A stretch of DNA of 64,000 nucleotides from Raillietiella orientalis (lineage: Eukaryota). Both the position numbers and the translations under genes were made by a program. Location: the NCBI GenBank assembly GCA_036172245.1, contig JAYWIR010000035.1, positions 558,001 to 622,000 of the forward strand, in the 5' to 3' direction. The notes under the pieces are model-generated. The model was not told where the DNA came from, ran no database searches, and worked only from the letters and a program-made list of their open reading frames with translations. This document shows, in pieces, positions 1-10,626 of this stretch (its first letter is position 1; each line of letters opens with the position of its first letter).

Positions 1-689
1 TCTCGATGCTGCGGGTGTCTTTAGGATCTCCGTCGATTTCGGAGGGGGAATCGCGCCTTTGTCTTTCCGAACGATGAACGCCGTCCTCTCGTCCCGGACT
101 TTGCGAGGAATCCTCCTGGTAAAATGCCTTTCTTGCTCCTGCGGAAAAACCCAGAGCGGTGTCCCGTGTCTGCCAGATGGGACACACCGCGCTCAACAGG
201 TGGTGGTTCAAGCAGCGTGGGCAGGGCAGTGCTGGTCCACACGAGTGGATCAAAGTTCTCTCAGCCTCTCATGGGCGCACAATCGAAGCCTATGCAGCGA
301 GACCGCGCCTCGTCCCTGTTCCCGGGTACAGCTTCTCGCATCAGGAGCGCCGCTCCTTGGTCCGGGCAATGTCCTCAGTAGGGAGGGGAAAACGCTGCCT
401 TATCCCTCAGGAAGCGTGCGCTCTCGATCTGCGCCCACGCGGGATTGCGGATGGCAGCTGCGGTCGGCGATAGCCCCCGGTGTCACTCCCTTCCTCCTCC
501 TCCTCCGTTCCTCTTCTTCCTCCTTGTCTCCCCCTTATCCTTGACGATATTGTTCGTCTTCACTGGTACCTCCTGCACCTCTTCCTATTCTGCTAGGCCT
601 TCTTCCTGTTCTTCTTGAAGGACAAAGGGGGGGCGTAGGCGCCGCTTTCAGAGCCGAGCAGGGAGCCGAGCGAGCGCCCATGGAGCAGC

Positions 690-1080
690 GACGTAAACTC
701 TTTCAGGGAACTCTGGTGTCCTCCCGCAAGGTGCGCGAGCCAGCATAGCATCCCAGAATCCCACGAGTTGCTCGGGTCAACGGGTTCGAGGTGCTGAGGA
801 GGGGCGGAAGCAGCATGCCAGGGAAGAAGAGTTCGCTATTCAGTCGTCGTGGCCAAGGGCACACAGAAGAGCGGCTGCTTCCGCGTCCGACGCGACGCCG
901 ACACGATTTCCGGACGCGAGACCGCCAGAGGGAAGGGGTGGGAGCCACAACGTTCCCGGGAAGGCGAACACTGCTGGAACATTGCCGAGAAAGGGTGGGT
1001 TTGGTAGCCTGTTCCGTTCCAAGAGCCCGAGCGCGCGCGCAGCAACCTGCCGCCGCGAAGGGATGGTTCCCTCCTGCCCA
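690..1080 (-). mobile_element. Possible LINE C-terminal relic
   Basis: QQCSPSRERC...TRKQPLFCVP is weakly similar to the zf-RVT region. Confidence 0.25.
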
Positions 1081-2489
1081 CCCCCCTGTGCGTGGTGCGC
1101 ACGCGCGCGAGAGAGAGAGGGAGGGACGTGTTAGGAGTGGGGAAGCGACTGCGGTGACACCTCCAAGTCTCCGTTGCTCTCCCTTGTGCCCTCCTTCTCC
1201 CCCTCCGTTCCTCCGTCGCTCCCCTTCCATGCCGCCTGCTCCGCACGGCGCGAGCGAGGTGGTCCTTCCTGCTGCTGCTGCTGCACCCCCGAAAGCGGCT
1301 CCGGAAAGCGCAGTTGCTGCGCCTCATCTCAGAAGGAGATGCAGGTGTTTGCCAGGTGATCCCTCCGAGCCCGCGCCAAGAGAACGCGCCCCATACAAAG
1401 GCGCGAGTTGTTTTCTGTTTTTGTTTTTTCTCTCTCCCCCTTCCTCCCCTCTCTCCTCTCTTCTCATCTTTGATGGATACCCTTTGGTCGGATCCGCTCG
1501 AAAAGTGTCCCGGTAATTACCGAGCATTCCCCTTTCCCAAAGGACCCGTGGTCCCTTTAGAAGTTTTTTTTTTATAATTTTCGATCGCCGCGGCTCTGCA
1601 GTTGGGGCGTCGGCGCGCAGGCCCGCCGGCGCGCATACAAATTGCGCCTCCGCTACCGCGCGCGCCGTAATCCCATTTTCCGCCTGATATCTTGCGCAGC
1701 ATCACGGCTCGCAAGTGCGAATGAAAGAACCTGCTGTCCCTCTTTTGTGCTTCCTCATTACGGGGTCCTCTCGGAGCGCTGCTGCCCCGTCCTCCCCTGG
1801 ACCTCCTGCGCGCTCGTGGCCCCAGATGTCACCCTGTTCCTTTCGCAGGCAGTTGCGCGGGACGGACTGATGCTGCTCCGCCGGATGCTGGGATCTCGTT
1901 GCTCCCCGGACGGATCGGAGAAGGGAAGGAGAGACCGGAGGAGACCTGCTGCAGCTCTCTGGGACTGCTGAGACTCTCTCGCTTCCCCCCCTCCCCCATC
2001 TTCCTCTTCCGGGCCGGCCGCGGAATGCGGCTGCACCCTAGCGACAGCTCGAAGCGCTTCAGGGGCGATGCTTCCCCGCACTCCGTTACGAAAGGGGGAA
2101 AGGGGGGGGAACGCACCATCCTCGAGGCGGGCTGCGCGGCCTTGACTTCCCGCTCGACGAGACGATCACCTGGTCTTTGGTCTCCCAATGGTGGCATGAG
2201 CCTCCCCATCTAGCCCCACCATGTTTGACGGCGACCGATGGGTAAGTCGCAGGCGCCCAAAGTCCACCTCGCATGCTTCCCGTGGGGTGCCGCCGCCCTT
2301 ACCCAGCGGATTAGCGCACCAGAAGCTCCCGGAAGGCGACCAGCCGCAAATGGCCAGCGGAGTTTCTCCTCCTTCCTGCGACGGGGGGGAGACTGGCTTG
2401 CCGGTGCCGGTGCCGCGACGGGTCACTCCAGCCGCGGGATCAGCGACCCCTCCCGAGAGGTGGGGGCGCGATGGAGAGAGTCGCTCGCC

Positions 2490-3080
2490 CCTTGTTCCAC
2501 CTCTTCCCTGTTCTCCCCCTCTTTGTTCCTCTTCCTGTTCTCTCCGCTCCTCTCCGTTCTTCCGACTGCTCGTGTCTGCAGGTTTTTTCCCCCCTTCCTG
2601 CTTTCCTCTCCCTCGATGCCCTCTTCTCCCCTCCCTTTCTTCTTCTTCTCCCTATCTGCCCTCATCGGCCCTTTGTCTGTTCTTTCTGATCTCCTAACCT
2701 CTTCATCTCGCTTCTTGCCCTTCGTCCTCTTCCAGCCACTTCTCGTTGCCTTTGCCGTGCGTCTTCGCAGGTTTCTTCTGCAGCCTTTCCTCCCTCACCG
2801 TGATCCTTCCTCTTCCGCTGCTGACTGCTCGTGCTTGCTCCCGTCTTCTTGTCGGTTGCCCTTCCAGGTTCCTTCTGTCCGCTCTCCTGCCCGGGTTACA
2901 TCGCGCCCTCCGTTGCGTCACGGGGTCGGCCAGCACACTCCTTCTCCGAGTCTTTTTCATGTTCTTCCTGTTGCTGTTCGTCTTCCTCCTCCTCCTCCTC
3001 CCTCGCCATGCTCCTCGGCTTCCTCTCCTCCCTGCTTCACTATGTCTTCCTGCTGCTTCTACTCTTCTCTGGCATGTCTC
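2490..3080. repeat. Long C/T-rich low-complexity tract
   Basis: About 600 nt strongly depleted of A on the + strand, with (TCC)n/(TTC)n runs. Similar shorter tracts at ~26940-27180 and ~62930-63035. Confidence 0.8.
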
Positions 3081-4319
3081 CCTGACGCGGCTGCAGATCG
3101 GTCGGGGGTCCGCAGGAAGACCTCTGGAACCCCGGAGAGCTCCCGAGACCCTCCAGGTCGCGCTTGCCTGGAGCCTAGCTTTCTGTCCCGGTCGGGATAG
3201 ATGGCGCTCGGCCGCGAAAACCCACGTGGATCTCTCCCCGCGTCCTCTCTTCGGACGGCTTCCCGTCTCTCTCGGAGACGAAGAGGTCGATGGGAAGAGG
3301 GAAGGGAGGAGGAGAGGGGGTAGTCGAGAATCGCGTGCGATAGACGTCACGCTCTCCCGTTGCGTCCAGGGGGTCCGCCGGTCGCACTGCCGAACGGTTT
3401 GCCAGGGAGAAGCAGAGGCGGCGACCCTCGCCTGGCAACGGAGGACTCATTTCCGGTTCTCGCGAGCGGAGTCGCAGCTCACCCGTCAGCGGAGACTGCG
3501 TCTGGCTGGAAGAGGGAGCGCGCGAGAAAGGAGCCCTCCCGAAGCGGAGAGTGCTGTGCTTCGCATTCCGGGGAGTCAGAGAGCAGGAGAGGCGCCCCTT
3601 CCCTCAGGTGGTCAGGCGTGAGGAAGGCCCTGCAACCCTCCTCCTCCCTATTTCTCAAGCAAGGAGGCACGCGCGATCGAAGGGAATTCTTCGCGCTTTG
3701 CGGAAGGCCCAGAGGCGATGCTTCCCCAGGTGCGCACAACCCGGCGGCCTCACGAAGGAGGGGGTTCTGGGAGCCGGAAGGGAGCCGGCCAGTTTTCCAG
3801 GCGGACTGGGGGTTCGCTTCCCACCCCTTGGGAGGAGGAAGAATCAGGGGACTAGGTGGGCACGAGAGTCCCATCGAGAGAGAGAGGGGAAAGGGGGGAG
3901 GAGCCGCTGCAACGACGACTGACCGCATGGAAAGGTCGCGTGCGCGCGCCGTGCCTCCGCACCCTGGGGCTGTCTGCCGCGGGGCGCCATACGCACCGGC
4001 CCGTTCCGGGAGCCGCCGGCCGAGAGGGGACGCCTCCCACGGAAGGAAGGGAGGGAGGGGACGCAGACGCTCGCAGGAGGGAGGGAGATGGGTACGCCCC
4101 CACCTTCCTGTCCCCCTTGGCCGGGACCCCATGTTCCTCCGACGGGGGTCGGCTAGTCATCCTGCACCGCTTCCGGATGGGGAAGGAGGGAGGGGGGGGA
4201 GGAGGAGAGGGGAGCGAGGCAGCGGCCGCGGAAGAATGCGGCGTCGGCGTCGGCATCGGCGGTGGTGTCTTCGGCGGCCGGGCACGTGAGGAGGGTCGGC
4301 GCGCACAATGCGGACGTCA

Positions 4320-4510
4320 CGCTTTTACGACCCGAAGATGTAATGGGCAGGAATTAACGGCGCGCGGGATGAAGGCGGCGCCTTTTCGCAGTGATGAATG
4401 GACCCCGAGTGAGGACAAACAGTTGATGGAGTCGGGAGAGCCAATTGGTCAGGAGCGGAGCAGATTAATTGCGAGGATCTCCGCTCCTCCTCGCCGGCGC
4501 GCTTAACGAG
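4320..4510. promoter_or_regulatory. Candidate upstream enhancer
   Basis: TTTTACGA (posterior Hox type, 4323), TGATGAATGG (Exd/Pbx-Hox composite, 4392-4401), CAATTG and ATTAATTG (4464) within 190 nt of AT-richer sequence. Confidence 0.45.
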
Positions 4511-5663
4511 GGAGGGCATCCGCGCGAGCAAGCGAGCGCGGCGTTCCTTTCTTCCCCCCCCCCCTCCTCCTCCTCCTCCTCCTCCTTTTCCTTCCTGCGC
4601 TCGACAGCGGCGGCTGCGGGGGGGGGGGGGGCAGCTCCGTGCTGAGAGAGCGTGCCTACACAGTGAAGCATCCCTGGAGGAGGGTGGGGGGCAGGGAGTC
4701 CCTATCAGGAAAGCCGCCGCCGCTTCCAGGCATCGGGAGAGGAAAAAACAAAACAAAACACGCACGCGCAGAAACCCCACGTGAGCAGCAGCGGTCCTCC
4801 CACCTCCTCGTCGAAGGTGGGGTGGGGGTGGAGGCGGATCGCCTCTCCCCTCCTTGATCTTCCCCCGCCCGAAGGCAGCCCTCGCGAGGGGAGCACCGAG
4901 GACTGCCTGCCCCGAGAGCAGAGGCAAGTGGACGATCACCGGGTCAACGTCGGCGGGTGGTGTCTCCGGGAAGGGGGGCGGCTCGAGGGGCGACGATGGG
5001 TGCTACTCGGCACGGTTGCGAGAAGACACGGCGCCGGGCAGAGGGAGGGGGAGGGGTGTGTGATGACGTAACGAACCGCTTGTTCTCCACGCGGATGGGA
5101 GCGACGAAGCAGAGCGCGCGCCTCCGCAGCGACACGCCGTTGCCACGGGGCGCGAGCGCGTGCGCGCAAGGGAGGAAGGAAGGTAACGTAACGTCTCCTA
5201 ACGTCTCCGTTTCCAAGGCGACATCCCCTCTTCCTTCCCTTCCCGCCGTCTCCCCTTGGCCTCTGTCGTCCCTCGCAGGGCGCGGGGGACGGCATCCCGG
5301 ATCTCTCTCCTCCCCTCTTTGGTCTCACGCCTCCGGTAGGCGCCGGCTACTCGGCGCTCGCAGGTGGGCGAGAGGAGAAAGGCTGGAGTAGTGGGGTTGA
5401 AGTCGGTCATCCGGGCTGGTCCCCAGCACCCTTCAGCGTCCGGAGCCTGAGGAGTCAGTAGAGGTCGTCCTGCCCTCTCCCCAAGGGAAGGTACAGACTC
5501 CACCGCCGCTCCCGGGAGTGACCCCTCCTCCCCTCTCTCTCTCACTCTCTGCCTCTCTCCCCGCCGCTCCGGGAGGACGGGAACGGGCGGGCGCCGCCGC
5601 GGCTTCCTTCGCGGCTCCGCCGCCGCCGCCGTCGACCCGCGCGCTCCTCGGCGGGAGCGCGCG

Positions 5664-5740
5664 ATTGGTCGCCGCCTCCTCGGAGCGCCGCCCCCTAGCC
5701 AAGCTGCACTCCGGGGGAAGCGCGCGGGCTCGCATCAGTC
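5664..5740 (+). promoter_or_regulatory. Candidate unc-4 core promoter (reverse CCAAT plus arthropod-type initiator)
   Basis: ATTGG at 5664-5668 lies about 70 nt upstream of ATCAGTC (5734-5740, Inr TCAGTY, predicted +1 at 5737). A CT/GA-repeat tract is at ~5530-5560. No TATA or DPE seen. Confidence 0.5.
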
Positions 5741-5751
5741 GGCCCGAGAGA

Positions 5752-5823
5752 ATGCGCGCCGCCTCGCGCGCCCTCCCGTCGGACCGCGCCGGACGGACGC
5801 CTCCGCCGCCGCCGCCGCCGTGA
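5752..5823 (+). other. Upstream ORF in predicted unc-4 5' UTR (23 aa, ends in Pro7-stop)
   Basis: ATG at 5752 with A at -3; MRAASRALPSDRAGRTPPPPPPP-TGA; the stop is 47 nt before the main ATG. Depends on the TSS call. Confidence 0.45.
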
Positions 5824-5870
5824 TCCGCCGCAACGACGACAACGAACGACGACGAGAGGCCAGCCAAGCC

Positions 5871-6153
5871 ATGGACCCGGGAGGCCCCCCCTTCCTCAAG
5901 CCCGTGCCCGCCTGCCCCCTCGGACCCTACGGCTACTTCGGCGGCCCCGGCCTGCAGGCCTTCCACGTGTATCGCCTCTTCAGCCAGGGCCGGATGCCCC
6001 TCTGGAGCCTGGCTGCCGCCGCCGCCGCGCCCTACGTCAAGTTCGCGGCAGTCCCGGACGTCGGGGACTTCGGCGGAGGCCCGCCCAAATGCCCGCTGCC
6101 CAGGCACCACCTCCTGGCCGCCGCGGACTCGCCCAAGTCCGACGACTACAAAG
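5871..6153 (+). CDS. unc-4: unc-4/Uncx homeobox gene, coding exon 1
   Basis: ATG in strong context (gccaagccATGG) followed by an ORF with GC3-rich codons, MDPGGPPFLKPVP...FHVYRLF...AAAAAA...SDDYK. It ends at a donor AAG|GTAAAG (phase 1) that matches the phase of the acceptor at 7964/7967. Confidence 0.8.
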
Positions 6154-6399
6154 GTAAAGGGGGAGGGACGGGGAGAGTGGGGGGGGGGAGGAGAGAAGAA
6201 CCGCACCTCGTCCGCCCCCTCCTTTTTGCGCGCTCGTGAAGGCGTCCCTCCTCCGCATTCGGCACCATCCGGGCCTCTTCCTTCGCCAGGGCCGCCCCGG
6301 GAGCCGTTCGAGGCGTCTCTCCTTTCCCTTGCAGAGCTCATCCTCCTCTTCCTCCAGGGTGCACACGCATCGCTCCGAGCCCGATGAACCCATCACACC

Positions 6400-7620
6400 C
6401 CCTCGCGGAGGCTGCCGGGACCCCATCACCACCTCCTCCCTCTCTCCCTCCGGAGTGCTCCCCAGGGGATGCGCTGCCGCCCCCTTGTGAGGAGGGACGT
6501 GCTCATGAGGCGTGGCGTCCCGGTGACGTCTCTTTCCCTCCAGAGCTGCAGTGGTTCAAAAAGGATCCTGGGGATCCGAGGAAGAGTTCGGGGCCATGAG
6601 GGGATGGACTTTGCCCTGGGGGGAGCGTCCCGCCTTCTTGGGTGCCCAAAAATGAGCTGTGCCACAACCTGGGGGTGCGAGCTCCCGGTGGGGACCCACA
6701 TCCAAGATGACGCGCGTCCATCCCGGAGAGAGAGAGGTCGTCTCCATGAATACGAACTCCTTGCTTCCCTTCGGGTCGCGGTGGGAAGGAGAGGGGCAAG
6801 GGGGGAGCAGCCAGCGCGTGGCAGACGGCATAAGATCGGCGTGCGGACGACCCCGAAACGGCGCCTCCCCCCACCGTCTCGCGGGCCCCTGCGCCGCAAG
6901 TGCTCCCCAGACGGCCCTTCCTTCCGAGGCCCTTGAAGCGGGGGCAGAACCGTGGGAGGGAACTCCAGCACCGCGCCTCCCTCTGGAATGAAGCCTCGCC
7001 CTGAGGTGGGGCGAAGAGGGCCGTGGTCTCGGGGGTTGCATGCACACCTGGACTCCTTGCGGTGGCGCTCGATTCGTTCCCCCTGCCCGTGATTCTTCCG
7101 GGGATGCCTCCACGCGCCTGAGAGCTCCTGCTGCAGCGGCCCTCAAGGGACGGTCCCAGAGGATCTTGAGGGAGGGGCTCTCCACCTGGCCGCGACGGGA
7201 TTGCCTCCTCTTTTTCCAGAGGGCCGTCGCTGCCGCGGACAGAGCAGAGGAGTCAGGGAAGACCCGGGAGATCATCGGGAGACGCCGCAGTCCTCCATCG
7301 GGGAAGCTGAAGCGCCTACCCCGCCTCCGGAGGAAGGGGAGAGGGCAGAAGAAGCACGGGCAACCCTCCTCCCTAGCTTGGGAGGGGGGATCTTTTCCCT
7401 ATTCTTCCCTTGACAACGGCAAGACTCTTCGGTGGGTGGAAGGGGTAAAGACCCTGGGGGGGGGGGGGAGGCCAGCGCCGTCGCCTGCGGGAGCCGGATC
7501 CGCCCCATCCAGCACACAGGAAGAGCGGTGCGGTAGCTCGCCTTTCGACCTGCCACTCGTGCCGGGTCGATACCTCAGCCACCCAGCCCCGCGTGCGCTA
7601 GCAGTTGCGATCCAGTGAGA
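6400..7620 (+). mobile_element. L1/Tx1-clade relic occupying most of unc-4 intron 1
   Basis: KRILGI at ~6560, ARPSRRERGRLHEYELLASL (~RLSL.GR....N.LL.S.L) at ~6710-6770 and a GGLG-like segment at ~7010, in the expected order. Confidence 0.4.
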
Positions 7621-7964
7621 GGTCACCGGAAGAGAAGAAAGCCAGGCGGCTGCTAAGCGCATGACCCCGCGTCATCCGTGTTCCTCCGGCCGAGCGACTC
7701 CCGTCGCTGCTTCCTGGGAGGCGGGCGCGGCGGGGTTCGCCGCGTTACGAGGCGGACTCCGCGAAGGAGGGGGACGGGCGCGCCCTCGAGTTCAACCCCC
7801 TTGTCTCTTGGGGGTGAAGCGAATAGTCCGGGCGGCTTCCCGGAGGCCACCCATGAGCTTCAGCGCGCTCCTCCCGTTCCCCGCCGTCAGCGGCGGTCGA
7901 ACGCCACTGCCGGAGGTGGGTGCGTTGTTACTGCTGACTGACGTCTTTATCTCCCCCGCCCCAG

Positions 7965-8134
7965 TAGAATTGGATGAGGATAAGGACGACAGCAAAAGGC
8001 GACGCAGCCGGACCAACTTCAACAGCTGGCAGCTAGAGGAGCTGGAGAAGGCCTTCGAGGCGTCGCACTACCCAGACATTTTCATGAGAGAGGCGCTGGC
8101 GATGCGCCTGCAGCTGGCTGAGTCCAGGATCCAG
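7965..8134 (+). CDS. unc-4: unc-4/Uncx coding exon 2 (homeodomain residues 1-46)
   Basis: Branch-like CTGAC twice (7934-7942), a pyrimidine tract and a CAG|TAG acceptor. Encodes [47 protein letters not shown]. The donor CAG|GTACCG sits at the classical PRD-class intron position between homeodomain codons 46 and 47. Confidence 0.96.
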
Positions 8135-8226
8135 GTACCGTCCCCCGCCGCCCCCTCTCCCGCCGCGACCCCTCCCTCCCCCCCCCCTTCCGCGCGGCGA
8201 GCCCGGAGGAACCCACCCGCGCTCAG

Positions 8227-8763
8227 GTCTGGTTCCAGAACCGTCGCGCCAAGTGGCGCAAGAAGGAGCACACGAAGAAAGGGCCGGGCAGGCCTGCTCA
8301 CAACTCCCAGCCCCAGACCTGCAGCGGCGACCCCATCCCTCCCGAAGAGCTGGAGCGCAAGGAGAAGGAGAGGAAGGAGAAGAAGCTGCGCCGGCAGCTG
8401 GAGAAGCAGCAGAAGCGGCTGGCCATCAAGGGAGTCCACGTGGAGATCGAGTTCCTGCGCAAGGAGTGGGAGCAGAAGAGGACGTCCCGGCGCAAGGTCT
8501 CGGCAGCCTCAACGTCCGAGAACGAGGACATCGACGTGGTCAACGACAGTGGATCAGAATCCTCCGTCGGACGCTGCCGCGAAGCGGCGGCGGCAGTGGC
8601 GGTCGAGGTGGCGCCCAGGAGTGCGGAGGCCGTCCAGAGGAAGAGGCCGCCGTCCTCATTCACCATCGACGACCTCCTGGGGCAGAGGCTGGAGTGCAGG
8701 GGACCTTCGTTCTTCCACGGGATGGCGGCGGACGCCGGGCCTTGCACGGCACTGACCAGTTGA
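8227..8763 (+). CDS. unc-4: unc-4/Uncx coding exon 3 (helix 3, Unc-4 family extension, eh1, stop)
   Basis: Acceptor ctcag|GTC. Encodes [69 protein letters not shown]..., where [10 protein letters not shown]...CSG is diagnostic of Unc-4/Uncx. eh1-type FTIDDLLG at 8659-8682; TGA at 8761-8763. Confidence 0.96.
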   Translation, partial: VWFQNRRAKWRKKEHTKKGPGRPAHNSQPQTCSGDPIPPEELERKEKERKEKKLRRQLEKQQKRLAIKGVHVEIEFLRKEWEQKRTSRRKVSAASTSENEDIDVVNDSGSESSVGRCREAAAAVAVEVAPRSAEAVQRKRPPSSFTIDDLLGQRLECRGPSFFHGMAADAGPCTALTS

Positions 8764-9044
8764 CCCCTCCCTCTCTCCCTCCTCCTCCCTCACCTCCCAA
8801 CCACCGCCACCGCCTCCTCCTCCAGCGCCAGTGCGGTGGACCATGAAACGGTCGTCGTTTCCACGCAGCCCCCGAAGAGGGGGGCGAGTAGCGGGGGAAG
8901 GGAGCGGCCTCGGTGCCCGCGGAAGCGGCCCGCGGCCGGTGCTCCCCGACCCGAGCGGGATGAGAAAGTGCAATAGCGGCCCTTGGTCCAGAAGCTCTGA
9001 ACCGGTAGAAAAAAGTTGGTCTTCACTGAGAGACTTCGTAGGCA

Positions 9045-9050
9045 AATAAA
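9045..9050 (+). terminator. Polyadenylation signal of unc-4
   Basis: First AATAAA after the stop, about 280 nt downstream, followed by tctgtgtg. Confidence 0.65.
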
Positions 9051-9843
9051 TCTGTGTGCAAGAAGAAGAGGAGCAAAGAGAGGCTGGTTCTCCGTATTTC
9101 CGGGAGTCCCGCCCGCCTTCCTCCTTCCCGGCCGTCCGTTTTCCAGTGCCCGCTTCCTCCTCCTCCTCCGCGCACGCGCTTCCCATCCTCCGTTGCCCCA
9201 GAAACCCGTCCGTGCGATCCAGCGAGTGCGCGCGCTCCGACAAGCGAACTGGCAGGAGCTGCGCACGCGCACCGGAGGGGAGGAATGGGAAGGACGAGCG
9301 CGCTTCCCTTTGCACACCCCCGCCTCCTCCCTCCGCCCACTCTTTCCCATCCCCCTCTTCCGCTGGTCTCCTCGGATGACGGAGGAGTCCCGCAGGCGAG
9401 AACCCGACAGGGACTCCGCCACATCCGGAGGGAAGGGACGGACGGGAGGAAGCGACTCCGAACGACGACGCGCGCGCTCCCTTCCCCTCTCTCCCTCCCA
9501 CGTAGCTTCCGCCGCTCCCCGAGGAAGGAGAGCGCTCTGGGATGCGCGCGAACCCTCCCGTGACGTGGCAAAGAGTCTCAAACACCTCCTCTTCCCCGCC
9601 TTTCCTCCCTTCCCTGTGGTGGGATGTTTCGGACAAGGCGGAGCGCGCATGTCCCGCTGCTCGACGGTTTTCCAGCGGGACGCGGCTTTCGCCACCACGT
9701 GAACTTTGTCGGAAATTCCCGGAAGGGGAGAAGAGGGGACGGAGGCCGTCTCTGAGATCACTCGAAAGCAGGGACGCTGGCAGGCGTCCCGCAGATGCCG
9801 TGACCTCCCGCGCCCTTACGCTCGTTCCCGAGGGGGCTGCGCA

Positions 9844-9964
9844 CGCGCACCTGACCCCGGTAGAAGACGCGGGGCTCCTCCCGGAAACCCAGAAGGGGGT
9901 CCGCGCACCTGACCCCGGTAGAAGACGCGGGGCTCCTCCCGGAAACCCAGAAGGGGGTCCGCGC
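9844..9964. repeat. Perfect 58-bp tandem duplication (2 copies plus 5-nt CGCGC)
   Basis: Unit cgcgcacctgaccccggtagaagacgcggggctcctcccggaaacccagaagggggtc at 9844 and 9902, identical, with CGCGC microhomology at the junctions. Confidence 0.97.
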
Positions 9965-10626
9965 GTGTCCCCCACCCCCTTCCTTCCTGATGAGGAGGAG
10001 AAAGGGATGGGGGTCGAGGAGCAGTGGCATGACTGAGCTGCTCTTTCGTCCTGGAATGGCTCCTCGACCGGCTGCTCCTCCATGGAGGAAGGGGGAAGGG
10101 TAGGGAGGAACTGCCACATCCCGGTCCGGGGTCCCACCACGCTTCTGTCTGCGGGCCGGCAGGGATCGCGGAGAGGGAGGGAGGCGGGGGAGCGACGAAC
10201 TGCATCCGCGCCGCCGGAGCCACCAGAGCCTTTGTTTGCATCCAAAGCAGCCTCCTCCATTCATCGGGACCACGCTATCGCCCGCCGTATAGCTGAGTTA
10301 TCTGATGGCTGCAAGGCGTTACGGCCTGCCGAGATCTTTATAGCGCCGGCGGTATCAGTTGCGCTGTCTCCGTGATGTTTGCACAGCAGAGGGTACGGCC
10401 GTTACGAGGAGGCCATTAATCTTGCTGATCTCCGGCTGGGGAATCCGAACCTGTTAGCCGAATTTGTTTCGGGAGAGTCTACCTAATGGCAGGATCTCTC
10501 AGGGAGCGCCCTCTTGGCACGGGATCTGAGGCATCCTCCTCTGAGCCCTTCACCTCTCCCACTGTCTTCTCTCGCTTCCCCGCAGTCCCTTGGCCCTTCT
10601 TCGCCTCACCGTCTACTTGTGCCTTG

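Noticed and set aside
9844..9964. CRISPR-like array
   Set aside because: Two abutting identical units with no spacers, in eukaryotic DNA with no cas genes.
10082..10486. Selenoprotein or readthrough ORF at the TGA 10373-10375
   Set aside because: No SECIS-like element seen, no selenoprotein similarity, and the upstream part of the ORF is low complexity.
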